This document shows, one piece after another, positions 18,510 through 28,639 of a stretch of 64,000 bases of DNA. This DNA comes from a candidate division FCPU426 bacterium (GTDB lineage: Bacteria > Oederibacteriota > Muellerivitia > Muellerivitales > Muellerivitaceae), in contig CAVTWJ010000014.1 in assembly GCA_963738405.1 (NCBI GenBank), forward strand, positions 96,001-160,000, in the 5' to 3' direction. The position numbers were made by a program, and so were the translations under genes. Numbering within the stretch: the stretch's first letter is position 1; every line of letters begins with the position of its first letter. Under the pieces are notes generated by a model. That model was not told where the DNA came from, did no database searches, and saw only the letters and a list, made by a program, of their open reading frames with translations.

Positions 18510-21500
18510 TTAGAACCCTATGTTCACTCCCGCCGAGAAGTTCTGCTCGGTGTAGTTGGTCATCCCCAGCTTGCCCTGGAACTGGGCGTAAGCGCCCAAG
18601 CCCTTCTCGAAATGGGCGTTCAAGCCCGCCGCCAAGACCGCCGCGTCGGTACCCGTGGCCGCGCCGTTCACGGTAAAGTTTCCGCCGGTCCCGAAGCTTG
18701 CGCTGATGGCTTCCACGTTACCCTGGAAGAGATGCTCCCAACCCGCGCTAACGCTGGGCAGGAGAACCGCTCCTCCACCCAATTGGAAACTGGTGTTGGC
18801 CGCCACACCCAAATCGCTGTTGAAGGAACCCTGGCTTTGGGACGCATAGTCCAAGGGAGCCAAAGAACCCGTTTCGTTGAAGGCGTTGATATTCACGCTG
18901 GTGTATTGTCCCGTCAGGTAAGGACCCACCTTGATCTGGTCCATCTTGAAGTCGTAGCCCAGGTTCAACTCGCCCGACAACATCACACCCTGGGTGCTTC
19001 CCGAGGCCGTGCCGCCCAAGCTGGTGCGCTGGGTGGTGTAGTTGGTGAGTCCCCCTTCGGCCAAGGCGTTCGCGTGGAATGAATCTTGTTTCCATCCGCC
19101 GTAGAAGCCCAACTGCCCGCCCGTGCCGTTGACGGCCGCGTTCGAGTGGCTGGACCCGGACTGGCTGTAGCCCAACAGCAAGCCGCCCGCCAAGTCTTTC
19201 GAGAAGCGGTAGTCCATCCCCGCCAACACGCCGCCGGTGGAAAACTGGTAGCCGGGGCCGTTGCCGTCGGAATTGACGGTTCCAAAATCACCCAAGCCTT
19301 CCGCGAAGGCGCCCCAGCGGTTCGGCTCAAGATCATTCGACATCTTGGCTTCGTCCGAAGCGGGCAGGTTGCCCGCGAAGCGGGGCCCTTCCCCGTTCCA
19401 AGCCACATCGCCGGAATTGAACTCGCCAAACAAGCCGCCCAACCTCTGGCTGATGATCCCCGCCTCGGCCTGCGCCGTGCTGAAATCCATCAGGTAAAGG
19501 GGCGTCAAATTGGCCGGCGAAAGCAGGTCGTAAAGACCCGCCATAGAGGCCGGATCCTGCCCCGTGAGGGCCAAGGACAAGCCCGGGTTGCCCGCGTTCG
19601 GGCCCAACCCGTCCAGTACCGCCGCCACCGCCTGTTCGTTCGGGGAGACGGCAAACTGGGTGAAGGAAAGGGTCGTCACATCCACTTCGTTCGGCGAATA
19701 GATCACCGAGAGAGGTTGGAAGAAGGTGTCCGCGACAGACCCAAACTTTCCGCTCACCGTGTCCGCCGAATAAATGATCTCGAAGGTGGAACCCGCCGGT
19801 TCCTTCACTCCGTCGTAGGAATAGAGCTTCAAGTTTCCGCCCAAGGAGGTTGTGCCCGAAACGCTCAGCGCGTCCCATTGGACGGCCGTGGTGGCCATGC
19901 CCAATTGCAGGGTCCCGGCGGAACCTTGCGCGTAATTTCCGCCGATATAAAGCGTCAGGGGCCCGCTTAAGGCCAGGGTCCCGCCGTTCACGGTCACGCC
20001 GTCTTCACCTAACGCGTAGGCGTTGGCCGCGACCAGGGTGCCCGCGTTGATGTCCGTGCCTCCCGAGTAGTAGCTTTCCCCCGCGAGAGTCAAGGCGCCG
20101 GAGCCTATTTTATCCAGCACAGTGTTCCCCTCGATGTATCCGGACAGATTCCCGTTGGAAACCAAAAGGGTGGTGGCCGAGGATCCTGAAATGTTCAGGT
20201 ATCCGGCCCCGGTCAGCGTTCCAATGGTCACTTGGGCGCTGCCCTCCGTATTTCCCTCGCCGCCGGCCGCGTAAAATTCTGAACCGGAATCGATCAGGTT
20301 CAGGGTGCCGATGGAAACCGAGGCGTTCCCGCCGTTGCCGGACAGGTTGCCGTCTCCCCCGCTTCCGCCGTAAACCTCGATATAGGATTCGTCGTTCAAG
20401 CTGGCGGAGGCCAGGGTCAGGGTGGCGTTCCCGCCGTTGCCCCCGTTGCCTTCCACATTGCCCGTCCCGGCCGTTCCATTCGCGGAATAGGACAAGGTGG
20501 CTCCATCATCCTGTCCGGTGCCTAAATCTCCCGCGCCGCCGCCGCTTCCACCGTTGCCGCCTCCCACATATAGGTAGGATGCGTCCATGGTGACCGCGCC
20601 TAAGGCCGCAGAGACGTTTCCGCCGTTGCCGCCAAAGCCTCCGGTGTTGTTGTTGCCGCCGTTGCCGCCCAAGCCCGTGACGGACCCGGAATCATAGGGC
20701 GGGTTGCCATTTTCGCTTTCGCCGTGGCCGGTCCCACCGTTTCCGGCGTTGCCGCCTGGTCCGCCCGATCCGCCGTAAAGTTCAAGATACGAATCGCTCA
20801 AGAGGGTGACCGAATTGGCCGCGAAGGCCGCGTTGCCCCCGTCGCCGCCTGAACCTCCGGTGTTGTTGTTGCCGCCGTTGCCGCCTTGGGCGGTCACGGT
20901 GGTGACGCCATAACCGGAATAGGCCGTACCGCCCATTCCAGCGTCCCCGCCATATCCGCCCGATCCGCCGGTCCATTCGGCCGTGGAGGAATTATCCAGA
21001 GAAAGGATTCCTACCGCGGAGGTCACGGAGCCGCCCAGGCCTCCGTTCCCGCCCAGGTTGTTGTCCCCGCCGTTTCCGGCGGTGTAGCTTCCATCGGTGG
21101 AGAAATATCCGCCATAGGCGACTCCCCCATTGCCGACGTAACTGCCGCTTCCGCCGCTTTCTCCGTATATCTCCGAATAGCCGTCATTGCTGAGGTGGAG
21201 CGAATTGATGGTCGCGCCCGCGCTCCCCCCCAACCCGCCGTTATCACCCGTGACGGCGCTGGAACCGTTGTTGCCCGTCAGGGTCACGTTGGAGGAGGAA
21301 TCATTGCCATACATTTCGTTCCCATCTCCCAAATCCGGTCCTCTCCCACCGCTCGCGCCGTAAACGTATAGATCGCCGCTGTTGGTCAGGGTGATGCCGC
21401 CCGCCGTCAAATAGGCGTTCCCCCCCTTGCCGCCCAGAAGCCCGTATCCGCCCGAACCCCCGTACACCTCTAGTTCGGCTGAACCATTCACATTGCCCGA

Positions 21501-24500
21501 AGTAAGCGTTAAGGAAGCGTCTCCGCCGTTGCCCCCGTTGCCGAACACATTGCCTGTCCCATCGGCGCCGTTGGCGCTGAAGGAATTGGTGGTGCCGTCG
21601 CCCAATGCGCCTTGGCCCCCGGTTCCCGCCGAACCGCCCGATCCGCCCGATCCGCCTTCCACTTCAAGGTAGGAAGAAGAATCCAGGGTGACCGCGCCGA
21701 GCGCCACAGTGGCGTTTCCGCCTTGGCCTCCCGCGCCTCCGGTGTTGTCGTTGCCCCCGTTGCCGCCGATGGCCGTGACGGAGTCGGAGCCGTAAATGGA
21801 AGCGGGAGTGGAAGAATCGGCGTAGGCATCTCCCCCCGTTCCCGCGTCGCCGCCCGAACCGCCCTCTCCGCCCTCAAAATAAAGATAAGAGCTGTTCTGC
21901 ATCGTGACGGAATTGCCCAAGAAGGAAAGGTTGCCCCCCGCACCGCCCGCGCCTCCGATGTTGTTGTTGCCGCCGTTGCCGCCCAAATCGGTCGCTTGGG
22001 TCGCGGGATAACTGGAATATTCCTCTCCCCCGCCATTGCCGGCCCATGCTCCGGATCCGCCCTCACTGCCCTCGAAATACGCAGAGGAGCTGTGGTCAAG
22101 GGTCAAGGTCATGGCCTGCGCGGTAACGCTTCCTCCCATGCCTCCCGCCCCGGCGGTGTTATCGTTTCCGCCGTTCCCGCCGGTATTGACGACCGATTGG
22201 TCGTTGTTGCTGCTGTTGGCCGCGCCGCCTTTGCCCGCGTCCCCGCCGTCATAACCATCCCCGCCCTCGGCGTAAAAATCGGAGTCGCCATCCAGTGAAA
22301 TGCTTCCCAAGGAAGCTTGCAGACTGCCTCCCAGGCCCCCGGCGCCCCCGATATTGCCGTTGCCTCCCATTCCACCGTTCAGGGAGAGGGAAGTGTTGTA
22401 ACTGTCATCCTCCGCACTGCCGCCGATTCCAGCGGAGCCCCCGTATCCGCCGCTTCCGCCGTAGAGGTAGGTATAAGAACTGACCGATTGGGAGGAACCG
22501 ATGGTCACCACCGCGTTTCCGCCCTGGCCCCCGGCTCCGCCCGCGTTGCTGTCCCCGCCGCTGCCGGCGTTGTAGGCTTCTTGGGTGACGCCTTCGCTTC
22601 CAAATACATTTCCTCCGTCGCCCGCGCTCCCGCCGCTCCCCCCGCTTTCGCCATAAACATAAAGATAGGAATCATTGGCCACGGTGACGGCGCCCGCCGA
22701 GAAAAGGGCCTGCCCGCCGTTGCCGCCGAGGTTTCCAGTCACGCTCCCTGAGCCGTCTCCGGCGGTGTAGGTCACGCCCGATTCGAACGAGCCGGGGAAG
22801 CTGGTCGATCCATAGCCGCGGGAACCGGCCGATGCGCCGTATCCGCCGTAAACTTCCAATTGGGAATAATTCAGGTTGGCGCTATTGGTGTAGAGGGTGG
22901 CGTTGCCCCCCTGTCCGCCGATGCCCAAGCCGTAATCGCTGGCCCCTTCCCCCGCGTAAATTTCGAGGGTGGTATAGGTGCCGATGTCATTATTGTAATA
23001 ATTGTCGGAGGTCAGGCTGATGGTATCCAGGGAAGCCCAGGCGTTTCCGCCCGAAGTCTCGGTAACGCCCGCGGCCCCGTCGCCGCTATTGCCGCCGCCG
23101 CCCACGACATAGAGATCGCCCGAATCCACCGAAACCGCACCCGCCACCGACAGGGTGGCCGCGCCGCCGGTGCCGCTGATGCCGGTATCATTGCCGTCGT
23201 AGTATCCCGCCTCGCCGCCCGCAATCGTGACGCCCCCGGTGTGGTAGGTGGAAGTGAGGGTCAAACCCGATCCCAAAACCGCGGTGGCGTTGCCGCCGTT
23301 GCCGCCGTTGGCGTCTTCCGAATAACCCCCGTACCCGCCCGTCACGTACATAGAGCTGGAATCCATCCCCACTCCCTGCGAGACAAAAAGCGAAGCGGTG
23401 CCGCCGTTGCCCCCGGTGCCGTAAGAATAATCGTAGTCGCCCGCTCCGCCCTGAACGTAGAAGGTGGAATTGGTGCTGTTGTCGTCATCCAGGTTGTAGG
23501 TATTGGAGGACATCTGAAGACTGCTCATGGTCACCCAGGCGTTTCCGCCCGAGCCCTCAGTGGCGCCCGCCTGCCCGTAACCGTAAGAACCCCCGCCGCC
23601 GTAAACCCCGATTCGGCTCGAATCCACCGACACCGCGCCGGAAACCAGGGTGGCCGAACCCCCGACGCCCGCCACGGTGTCGCTGTAATCATAAGCTCCG
23701 GAACCTCCCTGCAATTGGAAGGAACCGGTGGTGCCGTAATCGTTCAGGTTGTAATTATCCGAATTAATGGCCAGGTTGCCCGTGGAAGCGAAGGCGTTGC
23801 CGCCCGCCCCCTCCGTGGTACCGGTGACACCCTCGCCTGAATTGCCGCTGCCGCCTGTGACGGAGACGGCTGTGGAATCCATCCAGACCCCCGAGGCCAA
23901 AAGAGAGGCGTTGCCGCCGCTTCCGCCCACTCCGTTTCCATCATCGTCGTCGGCAAGGCCGCCCTCGCCGCCCGCGATATTGACATTGGAATAGTCGTTG
24001 TAATATCCCGTGAGCGTGAGGCTCCCGCCGATGGACATCATGGCGCTGCCGCCGTTGCCGCCGTTGGCCGAATCCGAATAGCCCCCGACGCCGCCCGTCA
24101 CCGATACGGTGCTGGAATCGACATTGATATTGCCCGAGGAAATAAAGTCCGCGTTGCCGCCGTTGCCGCCGTTGCCGTAGCCGTAGTTATCGCCGACGGA
24201 AGAATCCTCATCGGGTGTATCGGCCCCGCCCGCGCCGCCCAGCACGCTGAAGGACCCGGTGGCGCCGGTGAAATGGACGTTATAGTCGTTGGAAGACAGG
24301 GTCAGGCCGCCCACGGAAACCCAGGCCGTCCCGCCCGTACCTTCCGTCACGCTTGAATCGGTGCCGAAGCCATTTCCCCCATTGCCTCCTGCCACGGTCA
24401 CACTGCCCGAATCGACCCATGCCGTTCCCGATGTCAGGGTCGCGGCTCCGCCGTTTCCGCCCACGCCGGGTTCCACGTCAAAACCCGCGTTGCCCCCGTT

Positions 24501-27203
24501 GCCGCCCAAAACGTTGATGGAAGCGCCGAAATGATCCGCCGTGAGGGTCAGGCTCCCGCTGGTATTCAAGGCAGCGCTGCCGCCGTTGCCGCCGTCGGCG
24601 CTGTCCGAGTAGCCGCCCTTGCCCGCCGACAGGTTGAGCGAGGAAGAATCCACCGACACCGAGCCGGAGGAAATAAAGTCCGCGTCCCCGCCCCTGCCGC
24701 CGTTGGCGTAGCCGTCTTCATAGTTAAAAGGATCATCGGCTCCGCCGTTCCCGCCGGTGATGTTGAAAGACCCGGACGTGCCGATGGTCCAACCCGAAAC
24801 GGTATAGCCGATTGAGGAAAGCTTGAGGCCCCCCACCGAAACCCAGGCCGTTCCGCCATAACCCTCGGTCGTGCCGCCGGACCCGAAGCCGAAAGTGGCG
24901 TTGCCGCCGTTGACATTGATGAAGCTTGAATCGGCCGCCACCGCCCCGGCCGTAAAGGTCGCGGCTCCGCCGTTTCCGCCCACGCCGTTGGCGTCGTCAT
25001 CGCCGGCGATGCCGCCCGTGCCGCCATTGACGCTGATTTGTCCTAAGCCGCTGTAGGAAGTGAGGTTGAGATTTCCGCCCAGTGACAGATTGGCCGCTCC
25101 GCCGTTGCCGCCGTTGGCCGAATCCGAATAGCCGCCGTTGCCGGCGGAAAGGATGATCAAGCTGGAATCGTCGGTGACCGCGCCGGAAGTGGAAAGAACC
25201 GCGTTTCCGCCGTCGCCGCCGTTGCTATAAGCCGTCACGCCGTCGCCGTTGGGGTTGTCGTCCGCGCCCACCCCGCCCATCACGTTGATGCTGGCTTGGA
25301 CGCCGGTTACGGAAGAACTGCCGTAATAGGTATTGGAAGTCAGGGTCACGCTGCCCATGGTCACGAAAGCCGTTCCGCCGGCGCCTTCGGTAAATGTGCT
25401 TCCAGCACCGGATACGGCCGCCCCGCCCGCCACGCTCACCGAGCTGGAGTCGATCCAAGTGGACCCCACCACGGTCAAGGAGGCGTTGCCGCCCGACCCG
25501 CTGGAACTTTGGTCGCTGTAGTTGCTTCCCGAATTACCGCCGATGACATCCAAAGTAGAGCCTGTGCGGGTGGCCGTTAAAACCAAGCCCGAACCGGCTG
25601 AAAAGGCGGCCGAACCGCCGTCGCCGCCGTTGCCCAGGGGAGTCAGCCCCCCTCTGGTTTGGTTGCCCCAGCCCCCGCCCACGGAGACGTTGCTGGAATC
25701 GATGACCGCGTTGTTTTGAACCATCAGGTCGGCCGAACCGCCGTTGCCGCCGAATGAATAGCCCGCGTCGTAGCTGGCCCTGCCGCCCGCCACGATAAAA
25801 TTGGAAGTTCCCCCGAAAAGCGAATTGGAAGTGACCGTCAAGCTTCCCGCGTTAACCGAAGCGTCGCCGCCCGCGCCAGCGGTCACGCCCTGTGGACCCC
25901 ATCCGATAACGCCCGCATCCCCCCCCATGACCGTGACATTGCTGGAATCAACGGACAGCCCGCCGCCCACTGTCAAAGAGGCCGAGCCGCCCGACCCGCC
26001 CGCGCCCTGGCCCGTGCAGCAAATATCACCCTCGGCCCCGGTGCCGCCGATGACGTTGAAATGGGATGAATTGCTGGAGGCCGAGATATTCAAGTTGGAG
26101 CCCACCGAAACCGAGGCGTCACCGCCGTTGCCGCCGTTTAAATAGTTGGCGCTGCCACCATCGCCTCCGATGACGTTGACGGTGCTGGAATCCACCAATG
26201 CGCCGCTAGCGAGGGAAAGAATCGCCGCGCCGCCGTTGCCGCCGTTGCCGTTGTAGCCGGCATTGTGGCCGCCCACGCCGCCGTACAAGCTTAAATTGCC
26301 GCCCTCGGTGACCGACAAACTGCCAGCGGTGAAAGAAGCCTGCCCGCCATCGCCGCCGCTGCCCGAATTGGAGGACAGAGCCGTTCCGCCGTTGCCGCCC
26401 GTAAGCGTAAAGATGCCGTTGTCGTTGGTGACCGCGCCCGCGGAATTAAAAACCGCGTCGCCGCCTTGGCCGCCGCTGCCGTCGGGACCCGTGGCGTTGC
26501 CGCCTTGGCCGCCGGTGAGGTTATTGGTGGAGCTGAGGATGTCCAAGGAACCCACGGTGGTCCCGGCCGAACCGCCGGCGCCGCCGTCGCCCAAAGCGTT
26601 ATCGGCTCCGGCGCCGCCCGTGATGTTCACCGTGCTCGGGTCGACCGACATGGCACCGGTGACATTGAGTCCCGCGCTTCCGCCCGCGCCGCCGTTTCCT
26701 GTTCCCGCCGCGCCGTTCACCGTAAGGTTTGAATTGGTTTCCGTCAGAGTGCTGGAGGTGAGGGTGCCGTTAAGGATCTGCACGCCGGAAATATCGACTG
26801 CGGGCCCGTTCGAGTTGAAAACCTGGTAGGTGTTCCCGCCGTCGATGACGACGTTGGAGCCGCCGTTTGAAAAAGTCACGGGTTCCGTTAAGGTGGGAAG
26901 GTTGGCGTTCAAGGTAATGGTCTCGCCGGCGATGGAGGAAAGGTCGATCACACCGCCATAGGGGGAGTTGGCGTTGATGCTGTTGATCGCGGCGGCCAAG
27001 GTGGCAGTGCTGTTATCGCCGACCGTGATGGTGATGGGAGCGCCCCCCACAACATGGGCCATCGCCTTGGAAGGGCAAATGGACGCAATCAGGCCCAGAG
27101 CCAAAAGAAGAGCGGGAAAAAACTTAAGGGTACGCTGTATATAAGAAGAACGCTTCACCTCCCCGTTGGATTTTCTGCTCCGGGTTTGAGATGAAAAAGT
27201 CAT
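18510..27203 (-). CDS. Giant type Va autotransporter with a Gly-rich (PGRS-like) repeat passenger
   Basis: Extended signal peptide, many GG.GG.GG.A repeats, PATR motif LDKIGSGALTLAGESYYSGGTDINAGTL, C-terminal barrel (GMDYRF, WEHLF) ending VNIGF. Confidence 0.93.
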   Translation of the reverse strand: MTFSSQTRSRKSNGEVKRSSYIQRTLKFFPALLLALGLIASICPSKAMAHVVGGAPITITVGDNSTATLAAAINSINANSPYGGVIDLSSIAGETITLNANLPTLTEPVTFSNGGSNVVIDGGNTYQVFNSNGPAVDISGVQILNGTLTSSTLTETNSNLTVNGAAGTGNGGAGGSAGLNVTGAMSVDPSTVNITGGAGADNALGDGGAGGSAGTTVGSLDILSSTNNLTGGQGGNATGPDGSGGQGGDAVFNSAGAVTNDNGIFTLTGGNGGTALSSNSGSGGDGGQASFTAGSLSVTEGGNLSLYGGVGGHNAGYNGNGGNGGAAILSLASGALVDSSTVNVIGGDGGSANYLNGGNGGDASVSVGSNLNISASSNSSHFNVIGGTGAEGDICCTGQGAGGSGGSASLTVGGGLSVDSSNVTVMGGDAGVIGWGPQGVTAGAGGDASVNAGSLTVTSNSLFGGTSNFIVAGGRASYDAGYSFGGNGGSADLMVQNNAVIDSSNVSVGGGWGNQTRGGLTPLGNGGDGGSAAFSAGSGLVLTATRTGSTLDVIGGNSGSNYSDQSSSGSGGNASLTVVGSTWIDSSSVSVAGGAAVSGAGSTFTEGAGGTAFVTMGSVTLTSNTYYGSSSVTGVQASINVMGGVGADDNPNGDGVTAYSNGGDGGNAVLSTSGAVTDDSSLIILSAGNGGYSDSANGGNGGAANLSLGGNLNLTSYSGLGQISVNGGTGGIAGDDDANGVGGNGGAATFTAGAVAADSSFINVNGGNATFGFGSGGTTEGYGGTAWVSVGGLKLSSIGYTVSGWTIGTSGSFNITGGNGGADDPFNYEDGYANGGRGGDADFISSGSVSVDSSSLNLSAGKGGYSDSADGGNGGSAALNTSGSLTLTADHFGASINVLGGNGGNAGFDVEPGVGGNGGAATLTSGTAWVDSGSVTVAGGNGGNGFGTDSSVTEGTGGTAWVSVGGLTLSSNDYNVHFTGATGSFSVLGGAGGADTPDEDSSVGDNYGYGNGGNGGNADFISSGNINVDSSTVSVTGGVGGYSDSANGGNGGSAMMSIGGSLTLTGYYNDYSNVNIAGGEGGLADDDDGNGVGGSGGNASLLASGVWMDSTAVSVTGGSGNSGEGVTGTTEGAGGNAFASTGNLAINSDNYNLNDYGTTGSFQLQGGSGAYDYSDTVAGVGGSATLVSGAVSVDSSRIGVYGGGGSYGYGQAGATEGSGGNAWVTMSSLQMSSNTYNLDDDNSTNSTFYVQGGAGDYDYSYGTGGNGGTASLFVSQGVGMDSSSMYVTGGYGGYSEDANGGNGGNATAVLGSGLTLTSTYHTGGVTIAGGEAGYYDGNDTGISGTGGAATLSVAGAVSVDSGDLYVVGGGGNSGDGAAGVTETSGGNAWASLDTISLTSDNYYNNDIGTYTTLEIYAGEGASDYGLGIGGQGGNATLYTNSANLNYSQLEVYGGYGASAGSRGYGSTSFPGSFESGVTYTAGDGSGSVTGNLGGNGGQALFSAGAVTVANDSYLYVYGESGGSGGSAGDGGNVFGSEGVTQEAYNAGSGGDSNAGGAGGQGGNAVVTIGSSQSVSSYTYLYGGSGGYGGSAGIGGSAEDDSYNTSLSLNGGMGGNGNIGGAGGLGGSLQASLGSISLDGDSDFYAEGGDGYDGGDAGKGGAANSSNNDQSVVNTGGNGGNDNTAGAGGMGGSVTAQAMTLTLDHSSSAYFEGSEGGSGAWAGNGGGEEYSSYPATQATDLGGNGGNNNIGGAGGAGGNLSFLGNSVTMQNSSYLYFEGGEGGSGGDAGTGGDAYADSSTPASIYGSDSVTAIGGNGGNDNTGGAGGQGGNATVALGAVTLDSSSYLEVEGGSGGSGGSAGTGGQGALGDGTTNSFSANGADGTGNVFGNGGNGGDASLTLTSGNVNGSAELEVYGGSGGYGLLGGKGGNAYLTAGGITLTNSGDLYVYGASGGRGPDLGDGNEMYGNDSSSNVTLTGNNGSSAVTGDNGGLGGSAGATINSLHLSNDGYSEIYGESGGSGSYVGNGGVAYGGYFSTDGSYTAGNGGDNNLGGNGGLGGSVTSAVGILSLDNSSTAEWTGGSGGYGGDAGMGGTAYSGYGVTTVTAQGGNGGNNNTGGSGGDGGNAAFAANSVTLLSDSYLELYGGSGGPGGNAGNGGTGHGESENGNPPYDSGSVTGLGGNGGNNNTGGFGGNGGNVSAALGAVTMDASYLYVGGGNGGSGGGAGDLGTGQDDGATLSYSANGTAGTGNVEGNGGNGGNATLTLASASLNDESYIEVYGGSGGDGNLSGNGGNASVSIGTLNLIDSGSEFYAAGGEGNTEGSAQVTIGTLTGAGYLNISGSSATTLLVSNGNLSGYIEGNTVLDKIGSGALTLAGESYYSGGTDINAGTLVAANAYALGEDGVTVNGGTLALSGPLTLYIGGNYAQGSAGTLQLGMATTAVQWDALSVSGTTSLGGNLKLYSYDGVKEPAGSTFEIIYSADTVSGKFGSVADTFFQPLSVIYSPNEVDVTTLSFTQFAVSPNEQAVAAVLDGLGPNAGNPGLSLALTGQDPASMAGLYDLLSPANLTPLYLMDFSTAQAEAGIISQRLGGLFGEFNSGDVAWNGEGPRFAGNLPASDEAKMSNDLEPNRWGAFAEGLGDFGTVNSDGNGPGYQFSTGGVLAGMDYRFSKDLAGGLLLGYSQSGSSHSNAAVNGTGGQLGFYGGWKQDSFHANALAEGGLTNYTTQRTSLGGTASGSTQGVMLSGELNLGYDFKMDQIKVGPYLTGQYTSVNINAFNETGSLAPLDYASQSQGSFNSDLGVAANTSFQLGGGAVLLPSVSAGWEHLFQGNVEAISASFGTGGNFTVNGAATGTDAAVLAAGLNAHFEKGLGAYAQFQGKLGMTNYTEQNFSAGVNIGF

Positions 27204-27281
27204 TCTTCCTCCTAAGATGCGGTCACGGCTTGAAGGTGGACAAACGATTTAATGAATTGCGTGGTTTGGTAAAACATGAAA

Positions 27282-27318
27282 CCCAAGGTAAATGAGAAGG
27301 TTTCTCATTTACCTTGGG
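27282..27318. promoter_or_regulatory. Perfect 17-bp-stem inverted repeat upstream of the autotransporter
   Basis: cccaaggtaaatgagaa-ggt-ttctcatttaccttggg. Confidence 0.6.
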
Positions 27319-27415
27319 AGGATTAGATAGGGGATGACAATAAAAGGCAAGTTAATTGGAGGGAATATTTTTTGTCGAACGGGCCGCGCCCAACAAAGGG
27401 TTTTGGGGCCCTTTA

Positions 27416-28051
27416 TTACTCAAACCAAAGCCCGATAGCGACCGAACCGGTTAGGCCCGTGACGGTATGGATCACGACTACGCCCGGGTCGGAATCCAGG
27501 GGGGCGTAACGGTAGATGCAGTTGAGGTCGTAAAAGAACCCGCCCCCGCCATTGCCGAACGAGGCTCCCGTGCCCCGGATGCCCATGCCGCACCCGAAAG
27601 CGGGCTGAAGGGGAAAGGAGAGGACGTTCTTGGTGGTGATTTCCTGGCCGTAGCCGCCGATCACCAGGGGGAAATAGATGGCCCCCACCCGGGAACCGAT
27701 GTAGCGGTTGTTTCGGTAGTAGTCGGTTTCGAAATCCAAATCGGCGTCCACTTCCACTTCCCCGCCGGTCAAATAGCCTCCTGCGTCAAAGGCGTCGCCG
27801 AAGGTAAACCCGTTGCCGCTGACCCAGACGGCCAGGCCGTTAGTCATCCAGCCCAGGCTTCCGCCGTAGCTGAAGGAACCGCCCGCCGCGCCCGAGAGCC
27901 CGACGTTTCCCTTCATGCCTATATAGGAGAAGGGATGTTGAATGGCGGAAGTGTAAGCCACGGTGCCCGCGTTGGCGGAACGAAACGAGAATCCAAAAGC
28001 CATCAAGACCCAAGCGAGTACCAAAAACACTTTCTTCACATTGACGCGCAT
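27416..28051 (-). CDS. Small secreted beta-barrel-like outer-membrane protein
   Basis: GGGGAGG RBS, signal peptide ANA-G, Gly/aromatic-rich strands, ends IGLWFE. Confidence 0.6.
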   Translation of the reverse strand: MRVNVKKVFLVLAWVLMAFGFSFRSANAGTVAYTSAIQHPFSYIGMKGNVGLSGAAGGSFSYGGSLGWMTNGLAVWVSGNGFTFGDAFDAGGYLTGGEVEVDADLDFETDYYRNNRYIGSRVGAIYFPLVIGGYGQEITTKNVLSFPLQPAFGCGMGIRGTGASFGNGGGGFFYDLNCIYRYAPLDSDPGVVVIHTVTGLTGSVAIGLWFE

Positions 28052-28173
28052 GAACTGCCTCCCCGATTTCACGAATAGATTTTAAATTCTTGGTTAAACG
28101 ACAATCATCACGCTATTTCTACCACTTCTGAATCATCTTGAATAGGAAAGATATGTAAATTGCGGATTGGGCC

Positions 28174-28210
28174 AAAAAAAAAGCCCCGTCGCTTAAAAAG
28201 CGGCGGGGCC
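28174..28210 (-). terminator. Intrinsic terminator
   Basis: A9-gccccgtcgct-taaaa-agcggcggggc. Confidence 0.75.
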
Positions 28211-28228
28211 CGTCAGCAGGGATTGATG

Positions 28229-28534
28229 TTACTTAATGATTTCTATCGTGTTTAACTTTCCGCCCGCGGACTGGTACATCAAATAAACGTTAGCGGGATT
28301 GGAAGCCAGGGCATCGATATCATTCACCGCTTTGCTCTCATTCTTGGAATCCTTCGGTGCCTGGGCTGGGGCTGAAGAACCTGTCAGGCCCAAACCGATC
28401 GGGTCGATGCCTAATCCTGAAAAAACGCCGATGGCCATGGCCGCCGCGCCGCCGGAGGGCGGTGTCCCTCCCGCATTCGCTTGGCCCGCCTGCATGGACA
28501 AACCCAGCGCCAATAAACAAAACAAGATTTTCAT
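28229..28534 (-). CDS. Small secreted hypothetical protein
   Basis: AGGAGG RBS; signal peptide ANA-G. Confidence 0.6.
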   Translation of the reverse strand: MKILFCLLALGLSMQAGQANAGGTPPSGGAAAMAIGVFSGLGIDPIGLGLTGSSAPAQAPKDSKNESKAVNDIDALASNPANVYLMYQSAGGKLNTIEIIK

Positions 28535-28639
28535 CGGTTCAACCCTCCTGAAGTAAAATCCACCGGTGCATTATGTTGAGGGACCCGTTTACAATCAAGC
28601 AAATCCCTGGGCGGTCCGATTTAACCTGGAAAGCGGCCG

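Noticed and set aside
16323..26829. Many long alternative-frame and antisense ORFs within the SBBP and autotransporter genes
   Set aside because: Shadow ORFs expected from GC-rich, Gly/Thr-biased codons; no recognisable motifs.
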